A stretch of 64,000 nt of DNA from Takakia lepidozioides (Eukaryota; Plantae; Bryophyta): NCBI GenBank assembly GCA_030704615.1, contig CM060731.1, forward strand, positions 3,348,001-3,412,000. Direction: 5' to 3'. This document shows positions 26,501-40,445 of this stretch, piece after piece; positions within the stretch are counted from its first letter, which is position 1, and each line of letters opens with the position of its first letter. The notes beneath the pieces were generated by a model. That model saw only the letters and a program-made list of their open reading frames with translations. It was not told where the DNA came from and made no database searches. A program made the translations under genes and the position numbers.

Positions 26501-26968
26501 CCCATGGGAGCAACGTTTGTGGGGCTTTCATCCTCCTCAAGGGTGGCAAGTGGAAGTCTTCACAGTGGTGGCTACCGCACTCTCCACCTCCATGCATTCT
26601 CATCTTCAATACCTGCAGACGTGGTGAGGACAATCAGTAATATCAATGGCAGCATCACAGAGCTTGGTGAGGAGAAGGAGGCACTTGTGAAAGCCTTGAA
26701 GGCAGAGTCCAGGGGGGCAGCAGAGCTTAGGGCCATGAATTCAGATCTGTCACAGAAATTGGAAGCTCAAACACAGCGCCTTGAGCTTGCAATTTCTCAA
26801 AGTTTTGCCCAAGGAAGCAGGGCTGGTGCAGGGATTCCATCTAAACCAATGACAGCTGCATTGGACTTTGTCGATGAAGGAGATGAGGTTGTGGATCGAG
26901 TGTTGGGATGGATAATGCATCTGTTTCCTGGTGGCAATTCAAGACGCAATGGCATCAAGCGGCTATGA
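23541..26968 (+). CDS. BLI: BLISTER-like coiled-coil protein, ~959 aa; exons 23541-25262 and 25811-26968
   Basis: N-terminal AGRRRLDEFRQKK; EFASLEQHIEDLTREKFSLQRSL; LSQKLEAQTQRLEL; C-terminal DEGDEVVDRVLGWIMHLFPGG, all recalled from Arabidopsis BLISTER. Phase-0 GT-AG intron at 25263-25810. Confidence 0.88.
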
Positions 26969-29194
26969 TTGTCGATGAGATCATTGGCATAGTATTTCTA
27001 TCAACATTGACGACAAAGTGTTTAGGTTAAAGGAATTTTTTATGACTAGTTTACACGGATAACAATTCTTTCTAAAGAGGGATGTTTATTTCTCAACCAA
27101 TCATACATTACTAGGCTCTTTCAGTTGACAACTTGGTCTCGAGGTTACAATGCAAACATGTCTTCCCTGTTGCTCTCCCCCTCTTGACTAAAGTTGAGAG
27201 ACCTGTGGAATCTCAGCCTGCTCTTTCAAACACAAGCCTCTTCCAGCCTGATCGGCACCATTTGGAGAGGGACAAGTGGATGACATCAGGATTGTATGCT
27301 GAGAGGCTGGATGCAATGTGCTGATGATTTGGCAGAAGCTCACTGCCTTATTTTGGAGTTTCTGGTCTACGTACGCTTCTACTCCACTCACCATATTTTG
27401 ATGACGAGATGTGTGAGCTTTTCTTGTTTTTTGTCTGAGCATTACCAGTGGAAGCAGTTGATGGCCATGTTATCAAATTTCCATTGATCAGACACCTTTT
27501 CCTTTGGTTCATTAATACTATATTGTCCTGCTGAATATATGGATGCAACTGTCTTGATACATATGCCTTCTTGGAGGTTCATCCTTTTGATATTATATTC
27601 GTGCGGTGACAAATAAAGTTGGTCTTTGTGCAGGTGTGTAACTGGCGTTGTAAGGTCCTCCTTCAGTGTTTGATGTTTGAGGGGCCTCTTTGATGGTAAT
27701 TCACTACTGTGGCCACAGGGGGAGGATGGGGAATTTGCTCTTACCATCCATGGGGGCGTTGGTTCATTAAGGTAGTGACTGATCCATTAAAGGCTTTTGT
27801 GCCTTTGGGCAAAGTTATGAAGATATGCAAGCTCAAAGTCAGTTAGTCACAGCTAGGGTATGGGACTACATCCGGCGTTTTATGAAGATTGGGGTGTGAA
27901 AGCCCACTTCTGTGTAATGGTGGGAAGGCAGATGATGGGACTGTTATGACTATTGATACCAAGTCAGGAAGTAACTTGGTCTGTCTTCCATATTGAGGAT
28001 CCAAGGCACTCCTGTTAAGGTCAGTATGTCATACAGCCTCCAAAATCTGCTACCAGTTGGGGGTGGTTGGTCTATTAGTCTTTTTGTGTTACTAAATCAA
28101 CACACGTAAAATCGTTTGTAGTACAGAAAGGAAAATTCACCGTTGTGTTTTCCTCCGGATGGCTTCATGGACTCACTGTGCAGGGCATGTTCCAACCTAT
28201 TGTGCAACATGATGCAGGTTGAACCCAGAAAATCTCCTTCCACACCTTTGGACTTCCTTGCGAACACGGTTCTTCAAGAACCAGTAGCTTGTAAGCAAAT
28301 TCCAGGATCCATGTCAAACTATCTCAATGCTTGCAATCTCTATCTCCACAGAGGTCTTCCTGTAGTAAAACTAACTGTGGGCCTTCTAAATAACGATTTA
28401 CCCCTGAACGAGTTACCCCTAAGCGAAAGAAGAGATACCGCCATTTTGATGTGAGATGTTAAGTTAGTCCAAAAATCATTGCAAAGCTTGGTGGCCTTCA
28501 ATACAAAGAAAATGCATGTAGGACTTTCCTTCAACGCACAAGCACTCAGAGAAACTGAGCACTCCAGTATATTCCATCCTCAGAGGTTGACATGTTTTTC
28601 TGGTACCTAGTTGACTGACTGCGACTGTTGCTAGTGCCTATTGATGCAAGGAGATGCCCCTGCACAAACATGTGGCTGAGCCCAGTGTGGGAATAATGGT
28701 ACAAGATTCTGTGCAATGGAGTGTGTGGCCATTCAAACATGAATGAATCTCATGAGTATCTTATGTTTACGACAAGAGAGATTGGAGAGAGATGAACATG
28801 CCCCAATTAAGATAACTAAGAGCCTCTCACCCAGGTGGGCACTTGACATGAAAGATGGAAAGATGTGTCATTCACCTAAAAGATCTGTTAATAATTAGAA
28901 ATGGTGTTTGACAACAAGTGATTGCTTGCAATTACCTATCATCGATTTCATGTCCCTGCAAGGGTAGAATTATTTTACAAAAGCAAAGATTAAATTTGCA
29001 TGGGTGCAGAACCGAGTGGAATGTTCGAGTGAATAACACAGAGAGAATGCAAAGCAGAGTATGTAACATAGTCACTTGAAGTTGCCTCGTCACAATTCAG
29101 TGCCTACATATTCTTTCAATTTTGTGTATCTTGGGTCTTGTCGGCGAGGCTTGAGTTTCGTTTTGGGCGTCATCTGCAATCTCGAAACGCAGCA

Positions 29195-32100
29195 ATGGCA
29201 GCCGCAACGGGGGCGCGCTGCCTGCTTCCCCCGCGCTTGAGTCCCAACGGATCCAGGGTCGCAGAAAAGGTGTCTCTCTCTCAGTGTGAGTGTGTGGGTT
29301 CTTTGAGTTGGAGTTTTGAACGTACTGGGTGTGAGCAGTCGCTGATCATCTTCATTTATGGAGACTCGTCCCAGTATTGAGCGTAAGTGTGTGTTTCTGG
29401 GGGATTGGTGGGTGATGGAGAGGAAGAGTCGGTCATGGCATTGCAATGTGGCGCCTTGCCTTGTGCTCTGCTGGTGTGCGTAGTTTGTGTGCTGTTCTCT
29501 CAGCTGGAAATCTCTCTCCAGCCTGGGTTTCGAGGCTGTACCGAGGGGATGTTGTGTTATTCGAGGCATACTGTTTAAGTGATCACAAATTGAAGCGTGG
29601 CTAATAGCCTTCCCAGCAAACCTTCCAAAGATGTCCCAAAACTGATGAAGTGAAAACTTGCAGAAAGCGGTACAACTTAAGATGCGGCCACCCGCTGTGC
29701 GGCCGATGGCCAAATTTGACTTGCGCCCCCTTCCATATAAAACTGTAAGTGGTCCTGCCTTTAAAATTCCACTTTGAAAAACTGCTCTAATAACCAGCGT
29801 GGAGGTGCATGGGGATTTTGACCCGGCATTTTTGGCAATTGGGTGGCAAAGGGCAGGGTGCTTTGGAGCCACACATGAGCAAGCAGACACTAGAGTTCCA
29901 TTGGGGAAAACACCACCGGGCCTATGTGGAGAACCTCAACAAGCAAATAGCCAACACTGATTTTGAGCGGAACTCGCTTGAGGAGATAGTGAAAATCTGC
30001 TATAATAATGGGAATCCAATGCTTCCATTCAACAATGCTGGCCAGGTTACTCTTCTTTGCACTTGTACTTTCATTTTCTAATGTTAGTGCTTTCCACTAA
30101 ATATTCTTGGATCCAGTGCAGTGACCTTTTCATGCAAGGCTGGAAAAGCTGCGCAGTATGGAGTTGCTCGCTTCTGGAATTAGCATCTGTTCAGGTTGAG
30201 AAGGCAGAAAATGAGTCGGGGTAAGGGTATCTTGGAGTTCTACGAGAAAGAGATGGACCAAATTTTCCAGTGATTAACGCACTCCTGTGCCATGATATCT
30301 GTGCACAATGCAGGTATGGAATCATGACTTCTTCTGGTCATCGATTGGACCTGGTGGCGGGGGCGTACCTAAAGGCGAGCTGTTGGCGTTGATTGAGAAA
30401 AACTTCGGGTCTTTTGAGAAATTTTCGAAGGAATTCAAGGACGCTGGTGTCACACACTTTGGTTCTGGTTGGGTGTGGCTTGTCTGTAAGTGCATTATTG
30501 TGATCTTTCTTGACAGTCAGTTACTTGTATGCTCCCAGCCCTTCACACTTAGATGGAAAAATAGGTCTAGCTTCAACCCTAAATAAGGTGGGTAATCTGC
30601 TTTCACGAAATATCCAATGTTTAGAAACTGTATCTAGAATGACTGGAAAGGTTGAAACAAGAGTATATTATTAATATCCTTGTTCTTCTTTGTGATATCA
30701 ATGCAGTGAAGAAGGATGCAAAGCTGGCGATCCTCAAGACCTCCAATGCACTTAGCCCAATCCTATGGGGCCACATTGTAAGCCTTCAATCTCTCCTTTC
30801 TGTTTTGAGGAGTGCACGCACTCCTGTGGCCCACTCACCAATGAGGAAGGACTCCTGGTCCCTCTCTTTTCTGCTATCCTGGTGGGTGGGAGCCACCCAT
30901 GGTGGTTGCAACCCCACAAAAGGCTCCGGGAGGGTTAGTTTCCCGCAGGGTCAATGGCCATAAGGCTATGGCAAGCCAACGTTCGGAGGGAACAGCATGA
31001 GTACATTCTTTTCTGCTATCATCTTATATGCTTTGAGCTGTCCATGACAATAGATGCATTTCCTCCTTTCTATAATTTGTGGGGTTATCATGTCCCCTAG
31101 AACTATACAGAGACAGCTTTCAGCTGAGATCTAGTGCAGATCTGTGTCAGCTGAGTGTTTCATCCCATCTACCAGACCACATAATATCAACTGCATTTTA
31201 TGGACCCTTTATCACATCTTGTTTCTTTGAGCAAGATGGTTTGTACTTTCTTGGCGAGTGCAGCCCAGATATGGTGCATAATTTTGCATGTTGTCACGCA
31301 TCCTAATACTATAACCCGGTAAGGCAGAAAAGCGGCCCCTAACCAAAGATGCATTCCTGTGGTTATACTACGGAGTACTTCACCTCCAGAGCCATTGATG
31401 AGTTTTCAATCCACTATGTTCCAAAACACCTGAAACGACCACAGGACTGTGAACGCATCAAACACAAATCAGATCAGGGATGGATACTAGAAAGGCTGAT
31501 GGATAGAGGGGAGAGGTGGAGTGCATTCAACCTTCTAATTGGCTCCCGTTGTAAATTGTTCCAGCCTCTGACAGTGATCGATGTTTGGGAAGTATGTATC
31601 CATGACCCTTTCTTTGTTGTCTTAATGATCTTTGGACATTTCAATTTTTAGCTAGAAAATGTTTTGGTATCAATTCAATTTTCTGGACATAATTTGTTTG
31701 GTAGACAACTGTCTTAGAAAGTTTGTACCGTTCTTAGTGTCTTCCCAGAATCACTATTTCACAATCGACTACAGAAGCCAAAGTGGTAAGAATTTGAGCC
31801 TGCATGTATTGTGGCGCTGATGAGGGGTTGGGAGGGTTGTACTGTGCAGCACGCATATTACCTTGACTTTCAGGTGTGTGAAATCCCAAGTAGTGAATAG
31901 TTTAATTGCCTAGGTTCTTACCCTGTTATTGTTGGAAGTACCAAATTGCCAGATAGTACCATTGACACAATTTGGTAGGTCACTGGCAATGTCGCAAATT
32001 TTGCTGTCAATGGCAATTCTCTCCCTCCCTCTTACTTTCGGTTCCATGACCCCCTTCAATCCCCATGGTATTCTGGTACTGACCCCCATTCTGCTGTTCT

Positions 32101-32484
32101 TGGCCCCTTCTCCCACTCCCCCTCTTATTTTCTGCTCCATCCAACCACGTGGGGTTGATGGCCAGCTATGCATAGAGACTTGAATGAGGAGATCAGCATA
32201 CTCCTCCCTCTCTATCTCTCTCTCCATCTGGGCTTCCTGTGGATGTAGTTATTTCCCCTCATCCTTCAACTGAGCAAATGTAAATTTGAGATGCTCTCTC
32301 TTTTTAAGGAAAGATATAAATATCCTACTTACAGTGGTTAGTTTCCTGTTGTTGGCAGAACCTGCGGCGCAAGTATGTGGACACATTCCTGGAGAAGCTT
32401 GTTTCCTGGGAGGTTGCGGGAGCCCGTCTTGTCGGTGCCAAGGCATTTGTTAATATTGGGGAACCCAACATTCCAAACAAGTAA
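29195..32484 (+). CDS. FSD3: Plastid Fe superoxide dismutase, FSD3-like; exons 29195-29269, 29664-29744, 29857-30045, 30314-30485, 30707-30777, 31565-31591, 31850-31873, 32359-32484
   Basis: [16 protein letters not shown]|[20 protein letters not shown]|HAYYLDFQ. The C-terminal [11 protein letters not shown] resembles Arabidopsis FSD3. All junctions are GT-AG and in phase. The transit-peptide exons are less certain. Confidence 0.9.
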
Positions 32485-33532
32485 ACTCTAGGTAGTTGGT
32501 TTACACTGTGCAATGAATGGCTGCACGAACAACAGTCATTTCGACTCTCTTGACTGGGGGTCTGGCATGTTAGAAAAAGGGAGACTCATAAGAGTAGCCA
32601 TACCGCAGTCACCCATCTTTCGTAGGAGAAAGAAATTAATCCTATCAGGGGGGTCCATGAGGGACCTTACATTGAGTTATATTTCAATACACCAAAAGCC
32701 ATTTAGTTGTGAAGTTTTGGTTTCTCTGGCATACAGCATCTCTCACACAGTATGTAGGGCGCAAGGACTTGCCGGATTGTATGGCTGGAATGTATTGACA
32801 AGAATGCTTGATAGTTATTTGTTGTCTAGAGCTATCTGAGAGTTCGGTTTTCGCATGTTGTGATGCTACTACAGTTCACACTTCTGTTGTGAAAACTATC
32901 CAAGACTTTATGAGACCTGCAGCTGCAGAACCTATCGGTGAAGATCGGCTATTAGTGAGCTTTCTATTTTCTTTCCAGATAGTTATACTTTACAGGCTGG
33001 TACAATCCCACGGCGCAATGGATATCGCAGAGCGAAAAATGGAATAAGTTAAGGGGCTTTATTCAAACACATGTCAACTATTTTCGATGGAATCTGTCAT
33101 TTTCTCATGAGGTTGACTAACTTACTTTTCGACAATCGACAATCGCCACATCTTGTACTCTTGAGAACTAAATTTCCCAGCACCCTTCCCAGCAAATTTG
33201 GAGGAGAAGGATTACAGACAAGAACATTCAATATGAACTTAAGACTCTAGGCTTTAATGATGCGAGTCTCAAAAATACAATGGCATGACTTCATTGCTGA
33301 ATGGCTACCTCAAGAGGACTTGTATTTGCTGGGTGTTAACTTTGTTCTGGACTTCTGTACAGTGGACATGACCAATACTTATGAAAAACAAACCCTTGTG
33401 GCTTGAGCACCAATTTCAGGCCTCAGTGAAACATCAATGAGAACAGGGTATGGTACAGATAACCATATACCGAGCAAATGTGTGGGACTGCAGACTACTG
33501 AAAAATGCCCTCAAAGGATGACTATTAATGAG

Positions 33533-36500
33533 CTAGGGTTGAGCATGGGATGCAAAAGAAGCAAAGGCGTGGAGTTTTGTATAATTACAGCGCCTGAGGT
33601 TTGGGTACAGATTGAGGAGATGATTAGACATGAAATCATGCCGTGTTAACAGCCCAAGTATTGGTCGGTCCTGCAAAATGCAAACAAAGGTAAACACAGT
33701 TATAAGATACTTCTAGGAAACTGAACCCGAAACCGAAACTGAACCAGTACATCACCAAGTAAGACAGGTGACTTCTGGTACTGTTGCTGGATTCTGGGAC
33801 AGAGCTGCCAAGATATATCAATGTGAGAACCTAATAACGTCTGAACTCACATTTGAGATACAAAATGAGATAAGCCACATCCAATGTACAGAAGAGCTTG
33901 CAAAGATGAAAACAAGGCACCAGGACAAAACATACACTGACGGAAAAACAATGACAAGTGGAAGGAAATTAGAAAGAATGCTGTCTCAGAACTTGGAGGA
34001 TCAATCTAGGAATATGAGACAGAGTCAACTGCATCCTGTAGGATAAGAGGTTAGTTGAAGAGAGAAGGGTTCATATACCTTGGCTGTCTCCCCATTGGAA
34101 AGTTAGTTTCAAGACTGCACTTAATTTGGTTCTACTATTTTCCACTGGTTTGAAAGAGAAAGATATAGAGAGCTGCTTCCCTCACGAGAGGTCAGAAATG
34201 CTATATACCTCTGCAGTAGTTGGCATAACACACAAGTGTCGGAGCCCAAGTTGCTGGAACAGAGTATATGCCTTGGCAAGTGACATGGTTTCCACCACAG
34301 TGTAGGGAGAGGTGTTGGTGACAGGTTGCATATCCAGAAACATCTCCTCCTCTCCAATGCTCAACTCCACATCCTCAATCTTAGCCCCCTTCCCTGACCC
34401 TGGCTTGGCAAAGTCTGCTGATGAGAGTGACAAGCTGTGCTCTAAAGACCGAGCACATCTAATAGGTGTGAACTCTCTTTTCTTCAATAAGACTAAGAGA
34501 TGTGACCGAAGAACTAGTCCAACAAACACTGGCTTAAGGTCCATGCCCTCACCACGCTCATCAATCACAGGAAAAGCATTGTGTTTTGTAGTACGCAGAA
34601 CTTCAACAATTATGCCAACACTCTCTATCGCGGAGAACCAAACCAGAGGACTGGTGATGGCATCCCGGGTACTGAGGTGACGCATGAAGGGCTGTGGATG
34701 GGCTTCCAGGAAAGGGATACTTTTGATCTGGACATGCAGCTGGTACAGTGCTAAATTGAAGGAGTCTCCAACCATTTTTGAAACTAACAACACCAGCATA
34801 ACAAGAGGAAGCATCAGCAGGTTATTGGTGAGCTCCAGTAGAATAATACAGAGAGAAACAGTCATACGCATTGAACCCCCAAGAAAGGAGGCAGCCCCTA
34901 GAAGGGCATACATGCCCTCGTCCATAGGTCCAATCCCATAGTGCGATGTCATTACCAAGCCCATTAGACGGCCATAAGTAGCTCCGCAGAGGATTGCAGG
35001 AACAAACAACCCAGAGGGCACTGCAACCCCATATGTAAGGAGTGCCAGCGAGTATGACGTGATAAGATATATAACTAAAGAGGAAGACTGGAACTCTTGT
35101 GGGGTTCCTGTGCTGAACAGATTCCGAATTGCGTCGTCATTTGTATTAAAGAAAAGGCCTGCAAGATCATTGTATGTGTTGTCAGGACAGTGAAATGATT
35201 TGAAGTTGCCATTGCGGCCATAGGTGGGGCAAACACTGTCCCCTTTGACGTTTGGGCAGGGCTTACAAGTTGCCAACCACGGCAGCCCAAAGCTGCAGAC
35301 AGAGGTGATGAAGGTCACAATGACTGCTTGTACTAGCTTTGCAAGTGCTCCTTTCCTGATGACAACAGAAAGCACCACCATTAGTTACTGAGAAATGTAT
35401 TTCCTTGCAGCTTTCTTTTCTCTGAACTTTGTGACCACAATACTCACGCCAAAGAAGAGGCATCCAATCCACAATGCTATTGTCATGCCATGCTACCAAG
35501 GCTGATCTATTAAGGCAAGAGGATGAAGGCACATCAGCAATTCCACTGTAAGGTTCATACCTGCAACTGGCCAATTCTAAGATTAAGTTTACGTGCCAGA
35601 AACTGTGGTCATGTTCACCACATAGAAGTAAAATTGCATGTATTTTGAATCCAAATGTTTACCCCTCCAAGTTCTACCACTTAAACCCCAACAGATTTCT
35701 GCAGTTAGGAAATCAAACATACTTCTTTAGCCACCCGGTACTCCACATGATAATCTTGCCATTGAGTTGGTTGAAAAGGCTGCCAACCACACCACCTATG
35801 ATGCCCAGAATTACCACTGGAAAAAGCTCCTTAAGCCCATAGTTGTCTTGGACTCCACTGATGTCAAAGATTATCAAGCCTCCTTCACCAAAGAGCCCAC
35901 AGGATCCCTGTTTGCACCATGCTATCCCTGTGCGTAAAACCACAGCAACCACAGCCGTGGTAAAAAACGCCCTCCATAATAATGGGCTTCGCCACCTGGA
36001 CACATAGTACATGACATTGAGAAATAGGTCACAAGTTCTCAGGCTTCAGCATACATTACACAATCTACCCTTCTGCTTCAGCCCTGAAATTTCAGCAATG
36101 CATGCGGGATTGGCACGACATGCAAAATTTAAGCAGTCCCTGGACAGAGAGCAAAAGTCTATTTAGAGTGGAGGATCACAGAGACAGAGAGATGGGGAGT
36201 TGGATTACCAGGAGGTAACCTCCTCTAGAGCGAAGAGTACACCTCCCACGGGTGCCCGAAAGGCAGCTGCAACGCCCGCAGCTGCACCACATGTAACAAG
36301 ATCCCGGCGATCTCTGTCGTTCTTAAGGTACCGCAACCACTTCCATGTTAGATGGTACCGAGCGGATCCTCCTTGACCCAGCAAAGAAGCAATGCAAGAA
36401 CCAATGTGCACCAGAGGACCCTCCTTCCCCACTATCAAACCACCAGACACCGAACCAATGCTTCCAAGTACCTGCCTCCATAACAAGATCTCCATTTAGG

Positions 36501-37938
36501 AAAGCACCAACAGTGTTGACATTTTTCAGTTGTAGTGGAGCAGAATTGTATGTCCAACAAACTCAAATACAGGGTTGACTCTCTCCATTGCCATCTCACA
36601 CATTTAAACCCATTCTATTGAGTTTATGGACAGCATAAGGAGAGAGTACCAAGTGTAAGGGTGGTCTTCTCAAGTGATCGCTGGTCCCTGCTAAGACTTA
36701 TATCTGTAGCATCAGCTTCAAGCATGCGGTGTTTGCAATCATTTCAGAAGAAGAAACCAAGGAAGAAGAAAAACCCTTGGTTGAATGTCGGATCTTGTGC
36801 ATAAGATGGAGAAGAAAGGCTAAAGTAATCCTCACCTTTACAAGAAGGGTCTTAAGAGAAAATATGTTGGGAGTATCAACACCATTAAGATAAGCCTTGA
36901 CTTCAGGAATCCCAGAGCCTGCTGCCGAGGGGCTTAGATATATACAAAGCATGGCAGACAGCAGGACCAGGAACATATTGGTGCCTGCAAAAACAATGAA
37001 TGCCATAGCAATTCTGCACACCTCACACAGTTCAATATTTCAATTCACAACAGTCCAGAGGAGAGATCATCCAGCTCTCAACATTGACTATCCCCAACAC
37101 AGAGAAAAATCTTAGAATATGCTCCTTACTACTCACTCGGCAATGCTGTGCATGGACCAGCTATCTGTACATCCATAAAGAACATGAGAAAGGGAGGTAC
37201 CGATCCGACTGCATGAAGTTGAGGGTGACAAGGAACTTGGCGCCGGCAATATTTTCAGCGGCCACATTTACAGTCAAGGCAGCCAGGCCTGTGAGGAGGC
37301 CCACAAGAAACACAAACGTCCATTTCACCATTACATATTGCATAATTTCCACCCGTGTCCTGGAGCGCCAATCCTGCCTGAACAGCTCATTCTCTATGAG
37401 TCTGCATATCACAAACCCCCCAAGGATACTCTCGTGAATGAATAGTCTGTGTCACCTGAACATCTATTAATCCAAGAGTTGACTTTCAGCGACCTGGAGT
37501 AACATACAAAAGTAGAGATGATTTTCCACGCTCTAGATCCCACAAGGAAGCATACTTGAGCCCTGCATTTTACTGAGGTTATAAGTGACATGCACAGAGT
37601 CGGGCGACAAAAAGGTTTACTACTCTCGCGCCAGGCTACATTAGGCCAGTTGTTTAAACCAGAATTTAACTCTTGCCAGCCTCATGCATTGCTCCTCTTC
37701 CATTGACGGTAAAAGACGTCACTTGAATCAACGACTCCCAAAACAGAGCAATTAAAGGAGACAAATGCACATACTCATAATCAAGGCTCTCAACCGGGGA
37801 AGCTATTGTTCCAATCATCGCAACATGATGAGCGCCATTTCCAGCGGTATCGTTTCCGTTCGATCCCCTGTCCACTAAAGGCTCATAGAAATCCAGGAGA
37901 GGAGGCTGGACAGCCTCCACATCCCCATTCTCGTCCAT
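33533..37938 (-). CDS. CLC: CLC chloride channel/anion:H+ antiporter with CBS domains, ~787 aa; exons 37938-37775, 37401-37201, 37013-36836, 36471-36209, 35995-35723, 35355-34209, 33670-33533
   Basis: ESLDYE, GSGIPE, GKEGP, GVLFALEE, PSGLFVP, MRMTVS, HNAFPV, LGLRHL and GLLTRHDF. Six GT-AG introns, all in phase. Confidence 0.95.
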
Positions 37939-40207
37939 TTCTGCTCCTAACAGTTCAAATCAAGATCCCTCTCCACATTGCAGCCTGCACGCCAACCGGG
38001 AACAGGAAGAAACAGACACACACACACTGATGTCACACTGATGCACCGGGTAGGACATTCTCTCTTTTTCAAGCAATGTGTGAGTGTTGGCCAGCATATT
38101 ATTCAAATCTCTCCTAGTTCTTGGACCGGATTCCATTGAACCTTTGGAAAACATGTTTGTCTACCATATCTGATCCAACTGAACACTAGAGAGCGTTAAT
38201 AGCAGCAGCCTGCTTGCTTTCTTCCTTGCTGCTACAGGCAAACTTATGAGAGCAGGGATGGAGAAGCAGGCAGCGCAATGCGAGCACCTGATCGCGCTCG
38301 CATTAACCCTGGCCTCTTTTCATACCTTCGCAGGCCCCCCTCCCTCTATTCTAATTGACCGTTAATTACCGGTCTGCGGTCCTCCTGCGCACCAGTCGTC
38401 CACGTGGATGAATGAAGCTCTGCTGATGTCACTCTGACAAGCGAGCGACAAATACCTCGTTTGGATGGATGTCGGCGACCGGGCATTCATGCTTACAAGG
38501 ATGTGCGGCAGAATAACGGCCGGGGCGGTGGCCGACAACCGCCGCTAGGCGGTGGCCAGCCGGCTTGGATTGGAGGATTGGCATCCGCCGGCGAAAGCGC
38601 CGACCGGACCCGCCGAGGCCACTGAACCCGGCCGGCAATTGAGCGCCCAGAAATTCTCTCGAAACGCGAAATACGATTGTCGGAAATTTTACGGCCCACA
38701 GTCGCGTGGACGAATAAGCAGCTAGCCGATGTGGATGATGAATGGATGCATTTGAGTGCATTGATAGCAGATCACGTTCATCCACGGGCGACATTCGCGT
38801 GCCAGGATTCACACGTGCAGTAGTTCTCGGCAGAGTAATGATTCCCGCATTACAAGGTCCCAAGTCATCAGTGTCCTGCTGACACGTGTACGTTTGAGTA
38901 CAAATATGGTGACAAGGTTGACGAGTGCAGTGCGGATAGGAAGGTGACAAAGTATGTGTACCCGCTCAATCCATCGTACCCTCCAAATAGGATGTTTTCA
39001 AAAATAAACAAAGATCTACCGTCAGAAAATATCAAATCAGAAGACCGGACGGCTCCAGATTCCAGACTTACGACCAGTTTTTTATTTTCTCCATTTTTCC
39101 AAAATCAGCACAGCGGCTACATGTAAGATATACCCACTGCCCATGTGGCGAGAACAACGAGGTGGCAGGGTTAGAAAAGTGGCTATATATATATATATGG
39201 CTGTACAGGTGGCGCATTTTAACAGGTTTCCGCAGGAAAAAAAAACAGGCTCCTGATATTCAACTACTTGCGTTCTTGGCGAATTTTTTGAATTCTTAGT
39301 ACTTGCCAGAGTTGGGTGGGTATTAGTTTTTTTAATACTAGCGGGGTCCTGGTATTGAAAAAAAATAAAAAATCAATACCAGCCCGTTCCATAGTACTGG
39401 AAGACTTAATTCTAATATCAGCCGGTTCTCTGATTTTTGATTTGTGGACAGGTATCAATAGGATGAGTATTCCAATCTATTACCAGCCGGTTATCAACCC
39501 GGATATAAATAATTAAAATAAACATCAAATAATTAATATGTCTTTAATCGAATTTAGAAGCATACTTGATTTGCCAAAGAAATTTATTATTATCTTGGAA
39601 AATTTAGACTTTGCATTACATAATAATGTTGCATATTTTAGCATGCAAAGTAAGGCAAGTTTAGTTAAAAGAAGACTGATCGCAAGCCTCATCGTCAAAT
39701 AAACCAGCATATGCAATGAGGTCCGCAGTTTAAGACACCCTACATGTGCTAAAAAATGAAGAATAGTGGCAGGCCCTTGGGGCTGGACATGTGGTGACCC
39801 GTGACATGTACACCCTCTTACCCCTAACATGTGCACCCTCTTACCCAATTTCATATGGTTAGTTTTATGTATTTTTCTAGGGGTCCGTTTTGGGTACCGC
39901 TCCATTTTAGGTGTTTCTACCTTATACCATAGTGGGAAGGCTGATCCGGCACTAAATAATTAGAAATGAATCTGCCTAATAATTAAGTGAAAATTTAGGA
40001 AAAACTGCCAAAATTCCAGAAACTTTATAGAAAAATGCCTAAAATCTCAAACAAACTCCAAATATCTAATCTCCAAATGCATGTTTCAAGGCATAAAGCT
40101 CTAGGAAAATATTTTCCTTAGCTCTGAGAAATCCTAGAATAATTGGCTGAACAATCACTGCATTTGATGATTGACCAGATGCTCTCATGGCTCTTAACAA
40201 TCAACAT

Positions 40208-40445
40208 ATTATTTTATTTTATTTTTTATTTTTTTGAAAAAAGGGAAACACGGGAGCGACAACTCACAAATCAGGCCCCTTTGTAGTGAGAGGAGAAAAT
40301 AACCTATTTCATTTATGCGCCATGGAGGCGAATGAGTTGGACATCGCCCGAGAACCATACCAACGCCGGCAGTAGCAAGATTTGACCCCAGAATCATCTG
40401 GGTGGCACTCAGTGCACTTAACCATCTGAGCTACTGACTGTTGGT
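40208..40445 (-). mobile_element. tRNA-derived SINE (family A)
   Basis: On the minus strand: A-box TAGCTCAGATGG, B-box-like GGGTCAAATC and an A-rich tail. The 3' body (catgg.cataaatgaaa...ggcctga.ttgtg.g.tgtcgctccc) is shared with 56735-56955. Confidence 0.75.

Noticed and set aside
29090-29890. 266-aa minus-strand ORF
   Set aside because: Antisense to the Fe-SOD 5' exons and introns, with no recognisable domain.
40352-40364. 13-bp reverse-complement match to the MULE right junction (CGTTGGTATGGTT)
   Set aside because: It lies within a SINE with no extended similarity; most likely chance.
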